64,000 nt of DNA from Armatimonadetes bacterium UBA1398. GTDB lineage: Bacteria > Armatimonadota > Zipacnadia > UBA1398. Below are positions 35,135 through 45,644 of the stretch, piece after piece (the stretch's first letter is position 1; every line of letters starts with the position of its first letter). The stretch is taken from the NCBI GenBank assembly GCA_002305165.1, contig DBQI01000025.1:79590-143589 (forward strand). The letters run 5' to 3'. Below the pieces are notes generated by a model, which was given only the letters and a program-made list of their open reading frames with translations, was not told the origin of the DNA and searched no databases. The position numbers and the translations under genes are program-made.

Positions 35135-35992
35135 ATGAAGGTGCGCGCCATGCTCGTCACGTTCACGGTGATGCTACTGGTGGGGGGCCAACTGGCGGCC
35201 CTGGCGGAGGGGCCCGAGGCGAGGCTCCCCGAGCACGAGTCCGATGCGCTGCTGCTCGCGATGCCAGCGGGCAACCTGCCCACGCCCCCGGCCCTTCGGA
35301 CCGGCGCGGCTCCCGATGTCTCCAGCGAGCATTGGACCGTCCCCACTCCCTCTGACGCCATGTCCGCGGGGCTCCTCGGCCTGCGCGATGACGGGCGTTT
35401 CCATGCGGGCTCCTTCGTGACCCGCCAGGAGCTATCCGCCGCCGCCACGCGGTTGCTCGTGAAGGCTAGGGCCGAGTGGCCCAAGCGGGCGCGCACGCCC
35501 AACGCCGCGGCACGGGCGGCCTTCTCGGGCGCGGGTCCCGCCGGTGACCTGGCGAGCCGCGCCGACCTCGCTCGGGTGCTCGCCGGGGTGCTCTGCAACT
35601 TCGAGCCCGCCGCCACTCGCCTGGCCGACGCCATGGATGCGGGCACCGAGATCTTCTTCGATGTGCCGGAGGGCGATCCGAGGTTCGCCGCCATCGTCGC
35701 CATCCGGGACCTCGGGCTGGTGCGGGGCTACCACGATGGTGGGTACCATCCCGCCGAGCCCGTGCTCCGCATGGAACTGGCGGAGTCCCTGGTCTGGGCC
35801 TGGCGCTATCTGGCGTCCCTCCCCGACCCCGCTCCGAGCATGGTCGGCGGCAGTGCCAGGCCCCCCGCCCCGCCTGCGGAGATGGTGCCCCAGCCGCCAG
35901 TCAAGCAGGGCGAGCACTGGACGACCGACCCCGCCGAGGGCCCGGATCCCATGCCAGGGGGCAATACGGTCCGGCCTGCCGATGGCCTGTAG
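35135..35992 (+). CDS. Secreted SLH (S-layer homology) domain protein
   Basis: ATG 35135 gives signal peptide MKVRAMLVTFTVMLLVGGQLAALA. SLH-like segments (HWTVPTPSDAMSAGLLGLRDDGRFHAGSFVTRQELSAAATRLL; FFDVPEGDPRFAAIVAIRDLGLVRGYHDGGYHPAEPVLRMELAESL). Pro-rich C-terminus. Confidence 0.6.
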   Translation: MKVRAMLVTFTVMLLVGGQLAALAEGPEARLPEHESDALLLAMPAGNLPTPPALRTGAAPDVSSEHWTVPTPSDAMSAGLLGLRDDGRFHAGSFVTRQELSAAATRLLVKARAEWPKRARTPNAAARAAFSGAGPAGDLASRADLARVLAGVLCNFEPAATRLADAMDAGTEIFFDVPEGDPRFAAIVAIRDLGLVRGYHDGGYHPAEPVLRMELAESLVWAWRYLASLPDPAPSMVGGSARPPAPPAEMVPQPPVKQGEHWTTDPAEGPDPMPGGNTVRPADGL

Positions 35993-36093
35993 AGCGCTTC
36001 TCAGAAGGGTTCTCGGGGGAAAGAGCGGGGAGTTCCCAGGAGGCTCGGCGGAAGGGGATAATGCGTGTCAGTGAGGGGGCACCGGGAACTGCT

Positions 36094-36384
36094 CTACGAC
36101 CCGCCGTCGGCTGACAGGAACGGGTCATCCCAGCTCTCGTCGAACACATCGCAGCCGCACAGCAGCTCCGCCTGCTCGATGGGCGTCAGGTCTGGCGTGA
36201 TCTCCGACTCGCCGGGGTCGCCTACCGAGGTGTGGGACCAGATGAAGAGTAGGGGCCTGCCATCGCCTACTACCTGGCCGTGGAGGTCAGCGAGGACTAC
36301 CCAGCCCACCTGCGCATTGCCGGTAGCGTCCTGATAGCGCACCAAGTCACCGCGCTTCAGTTGCTTCGCCTCTTGCATCGTCAT
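36094..36384 (-). CDS. Small hypothetical protein (96 aa) 140 nt downstream of recD
   Basis: ATG at 36382-36384 (MTMQEAKQLKRGDLVRYQDATGNAQVGWVV...), with an acidic C-terminus. No family recognised. Same strand as recCBD. Confidence 0.4.
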   Translation of the reverse strand: MTMQEAKQLKRGDLVRYQDATGNAQVGWVVLADLHGQVVGDGRPLLFIWSHTSVGDPGESEITPDLTPIEQAELLCGCDVFDESWDDPFLSADGGS

Positions 36385-36523
36385 TTGGGCACCCCCCTGG
36401 CCTCGTCCCCCGGGCGCTCCGGCGACCCTCACGCCGCCGCTCGCCCCGCTAACACCGGCCACTCACAGACGTCGTCAGTCTACCACACCCGCCGAGCACG
36501 GCCGCTTCGATTCGCGCGACTCA

Positions 36524-38542
36524 TTACAGTAGTCCGATGCCCGTGTCCCGCTCGATGTGCCGGCCAAGGGCGGCCACGAGGGGCGGCGCCTGGGAGTGGA
36601 CCGCGACGAGGCGCTTGGCTCGCGTTAGCGCCGTGTAGACCATCTCCCTGCTGAGGAGCCGCTCCCCGCCCTCGGGAGGGACGACGAGGAGCACCCGGTC
36701 GTACTCCGAGCCCTGGGCCTTGTGGACGGTCATCGCGTAAGCGGGGCTCCATGGCGGCAGGTCTCGCTCGGGGTAGGCGCGGATCCCCTCAGGCTTACGG
36801 AAGAGGGCTAGGAGCCGCCGCCGACGATCCCGCACGATAACGCCCACGTCGCCGTTCCATAGGCCCATCACCCCATCATTGCGGGTCACGAGCACGGGCA
36901 TCCCCGGGTAGGCCCGCCCCCACTGGCCCCCGTGGGAGGCGACGAGGCGCCGGTTGACGCCCTCGGCCCCGTGGGGCCCTCGCCGCAGCAAGGTAAGGAT
37001 GCGGCCGCGCTCGACGCTGGCGAGGAGCGCCTCGGCGCACTCCCGCAGCTCTGGATCCTCCAGCACAGTCGGCAGGACGACGCCGCTGGCGCCTCTGAGG
37101 AGGCGGCCGAACTCCCCGTCGGCGGCCAGGTAGCCTGCCACCCATCGCTCCGCGCACTCGCCGAAGGTGATGGCGCCCTCGGGGATGAGGAAGCAGCCGT
37201 CGGCCCTCGCCCGTGACAGCCACTCGAGCAGCGCCTCGGCCGCGGCGGGCGCCGAAGGCAGGGCCTGCACGATCTCCTCGGGCGGATCGCCGGCAGTGAC
37301 ACGTTCGGCGATGTGGCGAATCCCGCTGCCGGAGCGGTGGTTCGTGGTAAGAATCGCCACCGCATCGCGGGTCGTCGCCGTCTCGCATCCCGCCGGCAAC
37401 TCGGGCTCCGACACCCCCACCGCACGGCAGCACTCGGTGATGAGGTCGCGGACCTCTTCGGAGAGCGTCGAGCCCGACCCGTCGGGGATGAGGTCGGAGA
37501 GGACGGCCCCGGACTCCACGGAGGGGAGTTGGTCCTTGTCACCGAGGAGCAGCAGCTTCGCGTCGGGCGGTGTCGCCTCCACGAGATGCCGCATGAGCTC
37601 GGCATCGACCATGGACACCTCATCGATGACGACGACCCGTGCCTCGATGGGGTCATCCGGCCCCCGCCAGAAGCCCCCGGTGCGCGGGTTGTAGCCCAGG
37701 AGCCGGTGGAGGGTGGACCCAGCGGTCGAGAGGAGGCTCCGGTCACCCTCGGAGGGAGCGCCGATCGAGCCGATGCCCGCGTGAAGGGCCTCTGTCATCC
37801 GCTGGGCGGCCCGGCCCGAGGGGGCCGCGAGGGCGATGTCGTCGGCTCGCATGCCCGCCCGAACGAGGCAGCGGAGGAGGGCGCAGATGGTGGACGTCTT
37901 TCCCGTTCCAGGTCCTCCCGAGATGACCACGAACTGCCGGGACAGCGCCAGGGCCAGGGCCGCGACCTGATCAGCGCTGGGAACCTGTGGTTCTCCGCTC
38001 GATAGGCGTTGGGGCGCCTCGCGCACGACCTCGCGCAGGATCCTTGGCCAGTCGCCCTGGATCGACGGCTGAGCGTCGTTCAGTCGCTCCTGCACTCGCT
38101 CACGGAGTTGGCTCGCGGCGAGGTAGTAGCGCTGGAAGTAGACGTACCGCTTGGGCCCGACGGTCACGTCGATCAGTGGCCGGGTAACATCGTCGGGCGA
38201 GCCGTAAAACCGTGCCTCCTCCGGAAGCTCCACGAGCCGCTGGGCGATGCGCCCCGCCCATGGCTTCGCCTCCCCGTCCGCCAGGACCGGCTCCAGCCGC
38301 CGCTCCAAGGCATCGGGCGCCACGCGCACGCAGAGGCTCCCCCCATCGCGCGCCACAAGCAGGGACAGCACGAGGGCTTGGTCGGCGGGATGGCGCTCGC
38401 CAGCGATGTCGCACAGATCGCCGATGAGCCGATAGTCCGAGTAGGTGAGGGGCCACTCTCCCGTCTCACCAGGAGGGCGCAGGGCTCTCACCAGCTCGTC
38501 GTCCAACCCGCTCGTGCGCCAGTCCACAGCGTCAGCGGCCAT
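36524..38542 (-). CDS. recD: Exodeoxyribonuclease V alpha subunit (RecD, SF1B helicase)
   Basis: Walker A VISGGPGTGKTSTI, VIDEVSMVD, LLGDKDQLPSVESG, AMTVHKAQGSEYDRV. The ATG at 38540-38542 overlaps the recB stop by 11 nt. Confidence 0.85.
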   Translation of the reverse strand: MAADAVDWRTSGLDDELVRALRPPGETGEWPLTYSDYRLIGDLCDIAGERHPADQALVLSLLVARDGGSLCVRVAPDALERRLEPVLADGEAKPWAGRIAQRLVELPEEARFYGSPDDVTRPLIDVTVGPKRYVYFQRYYLAASQLRERVQERLNDAQPSIQGDWPRILREVVREAPQRLSSGEPQVPSADQVAALALALSRQFVVISGGPGTGKTSTICALLRCLVRAGMRADDIALAAPSGRAAQRMTEALHAGIGSIGAPSEGDRSLLSTAGSTLHRLLGYNPRTGGFWRGPDDPIEARVVVIDEVSMVDAELMRHLVEATPPDAKLLLLGDKDQLPSVESGAVLSDLIPDGSGSTLSEEVRDLITECCRAVGVSEPELPAGCETATTRDAVAILTTNHRSGSGIRHIAERVTAGDPPEEIVQALPSAPAAAEALLEWLSRARADGCFLIPEGAITFGECAERWVAGYLAADGEFGRLLRGASGVVLPTVLEDPELRECAEALLASVERGRILTLLRRGPHGAEGVNRRLVASHGGQWGRAYPGMPVLVTRNDGVMGLWNGDVGVIVRDRRRRLLALFRKPEGIRAYPERDLPPWSPAYAMTVHKAQGSEYDRVLLVVPPEGGERLLSREMVYTALTRAKRLVAVHSQAPPLVAALGRHIERDTGIGLL

Positions 38543-41500
38543 GGGCGTCACCCCCGACGTACTCTTCGATGAGCCCGGGCAGCTTGCCGCTGGCCCACTC
38601 CGTCGGCCTGATGTCCGACCCATCGCGGACGTAGACGCCCCGCTGCCCATCCTCGGTCAGCCCGCGGATGAACACATAGAGGACGCCGCCCAGGTGGCGC
38701 CGCGGGTCATAAGTCTGCCCAAGCCGTGCCCGCAGCCAGCGGTCCAGAGCGACGGTGTAGAGGGTGTACTGGAGGTGGTAGTCGTTGGCGTCCATGGCCT
38801 GATTCAGCCCGTCGGGGCCATAGTCGGCGAGCCGGTTGGACTTCCAGTCCAGGATGTAGTACCGCTCGTCCTTCCTCGCCACCAGGTCGATGACACCGAC
38901 GAGGAGGCCCGAGTGGACACGCGTCCCCGGCGCTCCGTCGGGGAAGAGCTCGACCGGGTAGAGGAAGGGCAGCTCGGGCAGGACGTCACGCGCTCCCAGG
39001 CCAGCGATGGGGCCGAGGCCGGGGAGATCCGCCGTCAGAGCCCGACGGATGAGCTCCAGTGACGCCGCGATGAAGCCGTCGTTCAGCCAACGCGCAGGCA
39101 CCCAGTTCCGGGCGATGGTCATCAGGGTAGCCGGTAGGCCGGCATCCTCGAGCGAGGCGGGGATGTCTCCGGTGAGAACCAGCGCCTCGAGGGCCTTGTG
39201 GAAGAACTGGCCAACACCGGCGCCGCCGGGCAGGTCCGTCTGGACGTACCCCTCGTCACGGTCATCATCGAGGCGGAGCCAGGAACCCTCGGCTGACGCG
39301 CCGCGGGCGTGGCGGTCAACGAGGCTCGTGTAGGAGGCCGTGGGCACAGTGAGGCGTTGGAGGTTCGTTGGTGGCCGGCGTATGCCGCCTACCAACGCGG
39401 GACCTTCGCCGGGGCCGTGCTGAACTGCCCCCCTCCCCTCTTCGGGACCCTCCGCCACGGCTTCATACGGGAGGGAGGGACGTGGGCGATAGAGGCCTCT
39501 GTCCGGCCAATCGATCTCGCGCACCGAGTCGGGCACGCCTGCCGCGCGGGCACGCTCTAGGCGCTCCCCTACGATCCACACCAGGGGACCGCTCGAGTGC
39601 ATCGATCTCCCGCCCGGGGTGTAGACGGGGATATGCACCTGCACCGCGGCGCGGGTGATCGCGACGTAGTAGAGCCGCCGAAGCTCCGCTTCGGCGTCCG
39701 CGTCCGTGTCCTTGCCATTGGCCGTGAGGTCGATCACCCAGTGCCCATCGCCCCCGTCGGAGCGCTCATACCGACGCCGGACGGGCATGCCCGCCGGCCG
39801 CATGGTGAACCCTCCCCCAACGAACACGAAGGGGAACTCCAGACCCTTGCAGGCGTGCATCGTCATGATCTGGACCTTGGGCTCACTCGTCTCGATGCGC
39901 AGGAGGTTCTCGTCCTCGCTCACCTGGGTGGCGCTCCGCCGGTCCGCGATGGCCGCTAGGAGGTCGAAGAGGTCCCATCCTCCCCGCGTCGCCTCACTCT
40001 CGAGGATCTGGCAAAGGTGGCGGTAGTTCGTGAGCCGCCGCTCCCATTCCATAGGCGCCTCGTCCATGTCATCGAGGAGGATCGGCGAGGCGTCCAGGAT
40101 CTGGCGGAAGAGCGAGGGCCAGTCCCGGCGCTCGGCGCAGTTCACCCAGTCGTTGAACACTCGGCGCGCAGGATGGGTATCGGGACACTCGGCGAGGGCT
40201 ACCGCCTCCGCCGGCGTGGCCGAGACGAATCTCGAGATGAGAGCGGAACGCCACAACTCCACGTCGGCGGGATCGGCGAGAGCGCGGAACAGGGCGTGGA
40301 GCTGAAGCGCTTCGTCGGAAGCCCAGAGGCCGGGCTCCTTGTAGAAGGTGAAGGGGATACCCTTGTCTCGGAGCGCCTCGATGTAGAACCGCGCCTCCCG
40401 CCGAGTGCGGACCAGAATGCAGAAGTCGGAGTAGTCCACGGGCCGCGCGGCCCCACTGCGGAAGGTGATGGTCGGCCGCCCGGTCGCGTCGCGGGGGCAG
40501 AGGGCATCGACCCGCTCGGCCACATACCGCGCGTACGCTCTCCGCGCGGGGCTGGCGCTCTCTGGGGCCAGCTTCACGAGCACCATCCCCGCGCCATCGA
40601 CGGGCTCGCCCACGGCCTGGATCTTCGCGGCGGGCCCGGCGTCGCTGATCGTCACCGGCCACTTCGGATCGAACCAGTCGCTCCGCCCGAACAGCCAGTT
40701 GCAGGCTTCGATGACGGCCGGCCGGGCCCGGTAGTTGGTGCCGAGAGAGTGGCCAACAGCGCCGCAGTGCTCCAGCAGATGCTCGCATGCGGCCATATAG
40801 GAGTGGATATCGGCGCCCCGGAAGCCGTAGATGGCTTGCTTGGGATCACCCACGATGTAGACCCTGAGGGCCGGCTCGTAACCGCTGAGGAGGGCGGTCT
40901 GGAGGATCTCCCACTGGAGCCGGTCGGTGTCCTGGAACTCATCGACGATCACGAAGTCGAGGCTCTCCCGCAGGGCCGTCGCGAGAGGACCCTTCGGCCC
41001 GCCCCGGGCGATGCCATCGTGGACTTCGGCGATCATCCGGGAGAAGGTCATGATCCCTCGTTCCCGGCACCGCGTCTTCAGCGCCTCATGCAGGTCGCGG
41101 ATCGTGTTCGAGGCGAGGCTCGCGATGGCCTGGCCGCTGAGGTACTCGTCCATCCTCGCGAGCTCGTCCGCGATCTCCTCCAGCTTGAGCCCTCGCTCGC
41201 GCCAGCCGTCCTTGAGCCGCCCGTGCAGCTGGTCGAAGGGCCGGTCGATGAAGTCGGCCAGGTTCTTGTTCTTCGTTGTCTCGCTGCGGATCCCGGAGAG
41301 GAGCGCTTGGGCTCCCTCCACGAGTTCCATCGGCTCCCCGGGGCGGCTCGCCAGAAGGCTCAGCAGTGGGTGCACATACCAGTTGAGGAGGGACTTGACC
41401 CGGGTGGGACCCCTGTCTCCGATCTGATCCAACGCTTGGCTTAGGGGGTGGACCTGGGGCTCCGCCGCGGGGTCCACATCCTCAGGGAGCAACCCCCGGA

Positions 41501-42158
41501 TCGCCTCCAGATGGCCCCGCACCGTCTTCGCAATCGCCCTGATCTGATCGGCGGCGGCTTGTGCGTCCTCCTCGGGCGCCGGCACGAGCCGATCCCCGGC
41601 CTCGGGGGTGTAGAGGGCAGCCTGACGCGTCACGGTACCCAGCCAGTCGCGGACATTGCCCGCCCACCTGGGCCGAACCGAGGAGCGGAGCAGGAACTCC
41701 AGGAGTTGCTCATCGAGGCTCCCCCAGCGCCGGATGAGTCCGGTGGCGAGTTCCTCGAGAAGAGCTGCCTCGTCCTCGATGGCCGTGGAGAGGAGCTGGC
41801 CGCCCTCGAAGGCATGCTCCTGAAGCAGCCGGCCACAGAAGGAGTGGATCGTGGAGATCCGCGCCTGTCCGAAGCTGTCGAGGGCATCCAGGATTCGCTG
41901 ACGCTCCGGCGAGCCCTGGGCCGCCGCGCCGAGCGCGCGCTCGAGTTCCACGCGGAGGCGATGGCGCATCTCGCCCGCCGCTTTCTCGGTGAATGTGATC
42001 ATCAGTAGGCGGTCGATGGGTGTAGTCGTGGTTCGGAGGATCCGCACTGCCAGCGCCACGATGGTGTAGGTCTTGCCCGTGCCGGCGGACGCCTGGATCA
42101 CCCCGTGGCGGGCGAGGTCGATGCTCTCGATGGAGGAGACGGGGCTCATCGTCGTCAT
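38532..42158 (-). CDS. recB: Exodeoxyribonuclease V beta subunit (RecB, UvrD-type helicase + PD-(D/E)XK nuclease)
   Basis: IQASAGTGKTYTIVAL (compare E. coli IEASAGTGKTFTIAAL), VDEFQDTD, YIVGDPKQAIYGFRGAD, TMHACKGLEFPFVF, and a C-terminal nuclease GVIDLVARKDERYYILDWKSN...Y..QY..Y. Confidence 0.85.
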   Translation of the reverse strand: MTTMSPVSSIESIDLARHGVIQASAGTGKTYTIVALAVRILRTTTTPIDRLLMITFTEKAAGEMRHRLRVELERALGAAAQGSPERQRILDALDSFGQARISTIHSFCGRLLQEHAFEGGQLLSTAIEDEAALLEELATGLIRRWGSLDEQLLEFLLRSSVRPRWAGNVRDWLGTVTRQAALYTPEAGDRLVPAPEEDAQAAADQIRAIAKTVRGHLEAIRGLLPEDVDPAAEPQVHPLSQALDQIGDRGPTRVKSLLNWYVHPLLSLLASRPGEPMELVEGAQALLSGIRSETTKNKNLADFIDRPFDQLHGRLKDGWRERGLKLEEIADELARMDEYLSGQAIASLASNTIRDLHEALKTRCRERGIMTFSRMIAEVHDGIARGGPKGPLATALRESLDFVIVDEFQDTDRLQWEILQTALLSGYEPALRVYIVGDPKQAIYGFRGADIHSYMAACEHLLEHCGAVGHSLGTNYRARPAVIEACNWLFGRSDWFDPKWPVTISDAGPAAKIQAVGEPVDGAGMVLVKLAPESASPARRAYARYVAERVDALCPRDATGRPTITFRSGAARPVDYSDFCILVRTRREARFYIEALRDKGIPFTFYKEPGLWASDEALQLHALFRALADPADVELWRSALISRFVSATPAEAVALAECPDTHPARRVFNDWVNCAERRDWPSLFRQILDASPILLDDMDEAPMEWERRLTNYRHLCQILESEATRGGWDLFDLLAAIADRRSATQVSEDENLLRIETSEPKVQIMTMHACKGLEFPFVFVGGGFTMRPAGMPVRRRYERSDGGDGHWVIDLTANGKDTDADAEAELRRLYYVAITRAAVQVHIPVYTPGGRSMHSSGPLVWIVGERLERARAAGVPDSVREIDWPDRGLYRPRPSLPYEAVAEGPEEGRGAVQHGPGEGPALVGGIRRPPTNLQRLTVPTASYTSLVDRHARGASAEGSWLRLDDDRDEGYVQTDLPGGAGVGQFFHKALEALVLTGDIPASLEDAGLPATLMTIARNWVPARWLNDGFIAASLELIRRALTADLPGLGPIAGLGARDVLPELPFLYPVELFPDGAPGTRVHSGLLVGVIDLVARKDERYYILDWKSNRLADYGPDGLNQAMDANDYHLQYTLYTVALDRWLRARLGQTYDPRRHLGGVLYVFIRGLTEDGQRGVYVRDGSDIRPTEWASGKLPGLIEEYVGGDAHGR

Positions 42159-42161
42159 CGG

Positions 42162-45100
42162 TCACTCACCCTCCTTCACGAGCGCCTCCAGGATGGGCCC
42201 GAAACGGCTTCGGAGCACGGCGAGAGGATCATCCGGCACGAATGCCAGGAGGTCCCTGAGCAAGCGCACCCGCTCGGGCATCCGCCATCTGGTCGGCTGT
42301 CTTTCCTGATCCTCCTCGATCACAGCCAGGATCAGGTCGCGGTAGCCCGAAGCCTCCTCTCCGTCCACCACCTTGGACCAGGCATCGTGATCGTCTGCGA
42401 TGGGAGTGAAGGGCAGAAGCTGGAAACAGGTGGGATCCAGAAAGTCCCGGCACAGGTCTCGCAGGTGCGAGGCTGTCCGGTCCCTGTCCAGGGGTCCGAA
42501 ACCGTAGGAGATGATGCCCCTCGTGTTCTCTCCCCCGGGGCTCGGCAGGATGTCTACGAAGAGGACCTTGCCCTCGATGCGTGCCCGCGCCTCCGGATCA
42601 TCGTTCACCAGAAGGGCCGACGCCATCAGGAACGGCAGGAAGACGGTGCGGGGGAACACCGGGATGAGGTTCCCCTTGGGTCCGATCTGGGTCCTGGGCG
42701 CTTGGCTTCGGGTGATGCACAGGGCGTGGACCTCATTGTGACCGAACCACCAGTGCTCGACGCTCCCACGAAGCTCGGCGAGACGCCCGTCCTCGAGGGG
42801 CAGGCATGTCGCGGGTACGCGGACGCCGGGGACCTCCCGTGACTGCGCGCCGCCCAGTATGAGGCGAGGGGCGTACTCGGCCTTGCTGAGTCCCGCCAGA
42901 TACTCCTCGGCCCACTCGCCCGGTTCCTTCAGTTGGGATAGGGCATGGTCTAGGTCCACCTTGCCGATGGGCCCCTCGGGAAGCCGTCCCCGCCGGGCGC
43001 CGCTGAGGTAGTCCTGCTGGGCGATCTCCGCGAGAGTGACCGCCGCCCCCTCCCCCGCCCGCTTCTGGACGTAGGTGGAGAGGGCGCCGACGTGGAGGTT
43101 GTAGTTCTCCGGGAAGGCGGCCTGGAGCGGTTCGCGGTCCTCTACCGCGGCGCCATCAGAGGGATCCTCCTTGATGCGCAGATGCCGCCTCAGAGCCTCC
43201 GCGAGAGGCTCCTCCAGGAACTTGCTCAAACGTCCCAGGGGAACCCGTTCTCGCTCCCGTTCCCGCCCTGGCATAGCGAGGTCGGAGTCGAGACGGCGCA
43301 CTGCGAGCCGCTCCTCGGCCGCCAGTCGCACCTCCTGAGCCAGGGGCGGCGCTAGGTCCGCTCCCTCGCGTTGCGCTCGCCAGCGCCAGCCTAGGATCTG
43401 GTCCCACGAGGAGTAGGTCCTGGAGGGGGAGGCGTCATCGAGGCACTCGCGGCTCGACGCGTGGAGAGGAACCTGCACGGAGAGCGACGCCGGCAGCTCC
43501 CCGTCGGCGTCGAGCCAGCCCATGAGCCGCATGAGCTGCGCGAGCATGGGGCTTGGGAAGTGCTCCTCGTCCTTCTGAAGATCGCGTCCGAGGGTGCTGA
43601 TGCGGAGCGCGTCCCCTGCGCGGAGGCACGCCTCCAGGCCCAGGTGCCGATGGTGGTCCGGCGGCCAGAGCTGACGAATGTCGTCGCGGCCGCGCGTTCG
43701 GCGAAGGTTGAGCGGCATCCGAGGGACGCTTCCGGGGAAGGCGAGCTCGTTGAACCCCGCGAGGTAGATAACGCGGAAAGGCGGCAGGCAGAGCGGCATG
43801 GCGAGCCGCGCGATGGTGACGCCCTCCAGGGGCCGTCCTGCGGGGGCCGCAGCTGTGCCCAGGCGCGCTAGAAGAGCATCGCTCACGAGGGAGAGGCCGA
43901 CGGCGGCGTCGCCCAGATGCTCGGCGATCGCCAGCAGTCCCTCGCGCGCCGCGGCGACGACGCTCTCCTCCAGGGGCCGATCGGGCGGTACGGCGAGGTA
44001 GGTGTCCAGAAGGCGCAGCAGGTCCGCGGTCCACTCGGCCGCGGGTCGTTCGAGACCCTCCCGCGACCAGCTCGCGACGGAGCGCAACAGGCCCTCGACG
44101 GTGCGGTCAAAGGCGGCCACCGCCTCCCGGTCGCCGGATTCCAGGTCGCGGAAGGGGGGCACCTCGGCGAAGGCGCCCTCGTCCAGAGCGGATTCGTCCA
44201 TCACCTGTCCGAGCCGAAGGCGCCGGAGCCCCTGCCGCCAGGTGAAGCGATCTGATGCCCCGAAGCCCCGCTCCCCCCGGATGCTCGCATCCCACGAGTG
44301 GTAGACGGAGAGGCTCTCCGCCCATGACCGCCAGGTGGTGACGTCCGCGCGGCCGAAGCCGCCTGCCGCGAGGAAACAGGGGTTCCCGAGGAGGCTGAAG
44401 ACGGCGCCCCGGTCGAGGTGCCCGCTGGCCATCTGGAGCAAGGCCTCCACCGCTTGGGCGTAGGCGCTGGAGCCGCCGGGATCCAGGCCCGAGAGGTTGT
44501 GCGGGATGGGCGGCGAGGCGGCCGAGAAGACGGATCGGGCGGCGACGGCGTACTCCTCGGGGTCGGCCACGAGCACCGCGATGTCATCGAGGATCAGGCT
44601 GGCATCGCCCTCGATGCCCTGCAGGATGTCGTCCCGGATCGCCTCCATCTCGCGCACGGCGCTGCTCGAGCTCAGAACCCGGAAGGAGCCATCGCCGGCG
44701 GGCGCGCCGCCATCGTGGCGACCCGTGAGGGCCCGCTGGATGCGGCGGAGATCGGAGGTCTCCCCCGCCTCACTACAAGCCATCGGAAGTGGGGTGTGCT
44801 TGAAGAGGCCTGGATCAAGGAGCCGCTCCTGGAGCTGAGCCCAGGTCGCCCGGGTGGTGCGGCTCCACTGGTCGATGATCCGTGCGGCGTCATCGTGGGC
44901 GGACCACGCTGAGGGGCCGAGGGGCACCGGGGGCGCGTAGTAGATGAGGACCTCGATGTGGCGAGCCACTGCGGCCAGGATGCTGAGTTGGAGGCGGGAG
45001 AAGAGGCTGAGGCCGAAGACGTAGAGCCGGGGGACTGGCTCACGGGGCGGCAGGAGGCGGCCCAAGGCGTGACGGGCGTAGCCCGCCAGGGAGAGCCGGG

Positions 45101-45644
45101 ACGCCTCGGGGCGAGGTAGGGCGCGACGGTACAGCTCCGCCTGGGCGCGCTCGGTGGGATCCTCGGGATCCAGGAGACGCCCCTCCACCCAGGCATCCGC
45201 GAGTTCAGGCATATGCTGCTCGTAGTCGAGGAAACTCTCGGAGAGCTGCTGGCTGAGCTGCCAGACACGGCGCCAGTAACGGGGACCCCGCGGGCCGCAG
45301 TACTCGAGGAGGGGCTCAAGGTCGACGTCGTCGGGGCCTGCGGTCAGGAGAACCAGAGCGATGAGCAGCTCCAACTCCGGCCGGTCAATGGGGCGGACCG
45401 AGGCGGCCTGGGGGTCGAGGCTCGCAAGGGCGCGCCAGAAGCCGTGGCCCGGGTAGTCGCCGCGGAGGTTCATCACCACGCCCACCTGTTGGGCGATGCG
45501 GCGCTTCAGCCACGCATCGGTCAGGGGATGCGGAACGATGATGTGGATCGGTTGGAGAGGATCGGCAACCTCCTGTTGGAGGTCTTTGGCGAGCCGATCC
45601 GCGAGCGCGCCCAGGTCGCCGCACGTGTATAGGACGCCGCCCAT
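42162..45644 (-). CDS. recC: Exodeoxyribonuclease V gamma subunit (RecC)
   Basis: About 1160 aa directly upstream of recB. The N-terminus MGGVLYTCGDLGALADRLAKDL...PLQPIHIIVPHPLTDAWLKRRIAQQVGVVMNL parallels E. coli RecC (MLRVYHSNRLDVL...PEMILVQSTGMAQWLQMTLSQKFGIAAN). The ATG at 45644 is preferred over the in-frame GTG at 45785. Confidence 0.8.
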   Translation of the reverse strand: MGGVLYTCGDLGALADRLAKDLQQEVADPLQPIHIIVPHPLTDAWLKRRIAQQVGVVMNLRGDYPGHGFWRALASLDPQAASVRPIDRPELELLIALVLLTAGPDDVDLEPLLEYCGPRGPRYWRRVWQLSQQLSESFLDYEQHMPELADAWVEGRLLDPEDPTERAQAELYRRALPRPEASRLSLAGYARHALGRLLPPREPVPRLYVFGLSLFSRLQLSILAAVARHIEVLIYYAPPVPLGPSAWSAHDDAARIIDQWSRTTRATWAQLQERLLDPGLFKHTPLPMACSEAGETSDLRRIQRALTGRHDGGAPAGDGSFRVLSSSSAVREMEAIRDDILQGIEGDASLILDDIAVLVADPEEYAVAARSVFSAASPPIPHNLSGLDPGGSSAYAQAVEALLQMASGHLDRGAVFSLLGNPCFLAAGGFGRADVTTWRSWAESLSVYHSWDASIRGERGFGASDRFTWRQGLRRLRLGQVMDESALDEGAFAEVPPFRDLESGDREAVAAFDRTVEGLLRSVASWSREGLERPAAEWTADLLRLLDTYLAVPPDRPLEESVVAAAREGLLAIAEHLGDAAVGLSLVSDALLARLGTAAAPAGRPLEGVTIARLAMPLCLPPFRVIYLAGFNELAFPGSVPRMPLNLRRTRGRDDIRQLWPPDHHRHLGLEACLRAGDALRISTLGRDLQKDEEHFPSPMLAQLMRLMGWLDADGELPASLSVQVPLHASSRECLDDASPSRTYSSWDQILGWRWRAQREGADLAPPLAQEVRLAAEERLAVRRLDSDLAMPGRERERERVPLGRLSKFLEEPLAEALRRHLRIKEDPSDGAAVEDREPLQAAFPENYNLHVGALSTYVQKRAGEGAAVTLAEIAQQDYLSGARRGRLPEGPIGKVDLDHALSQLKEPGEWAEEYLAGLSKAEYAPRLILGGAQSREVPGVRVPATCLPLEDGRLAELRGSVEHWWFGHNEVHALCITRSQAPRTQIGPKGNLIPVFPRTVFLPFLMASALLVNDDPEARARIEGKVLFVDILPSPGGENTRGIISYGFGPLDRDRTASHLRDLCRDFLDPTCFQLLPFTPIADDHDAWSKVVDGEEASGYRDLILAVIEEDQERQPTRWRMPERVRLLRDLLAFVPDDPLAVLRSRFGPILEALVKEGE

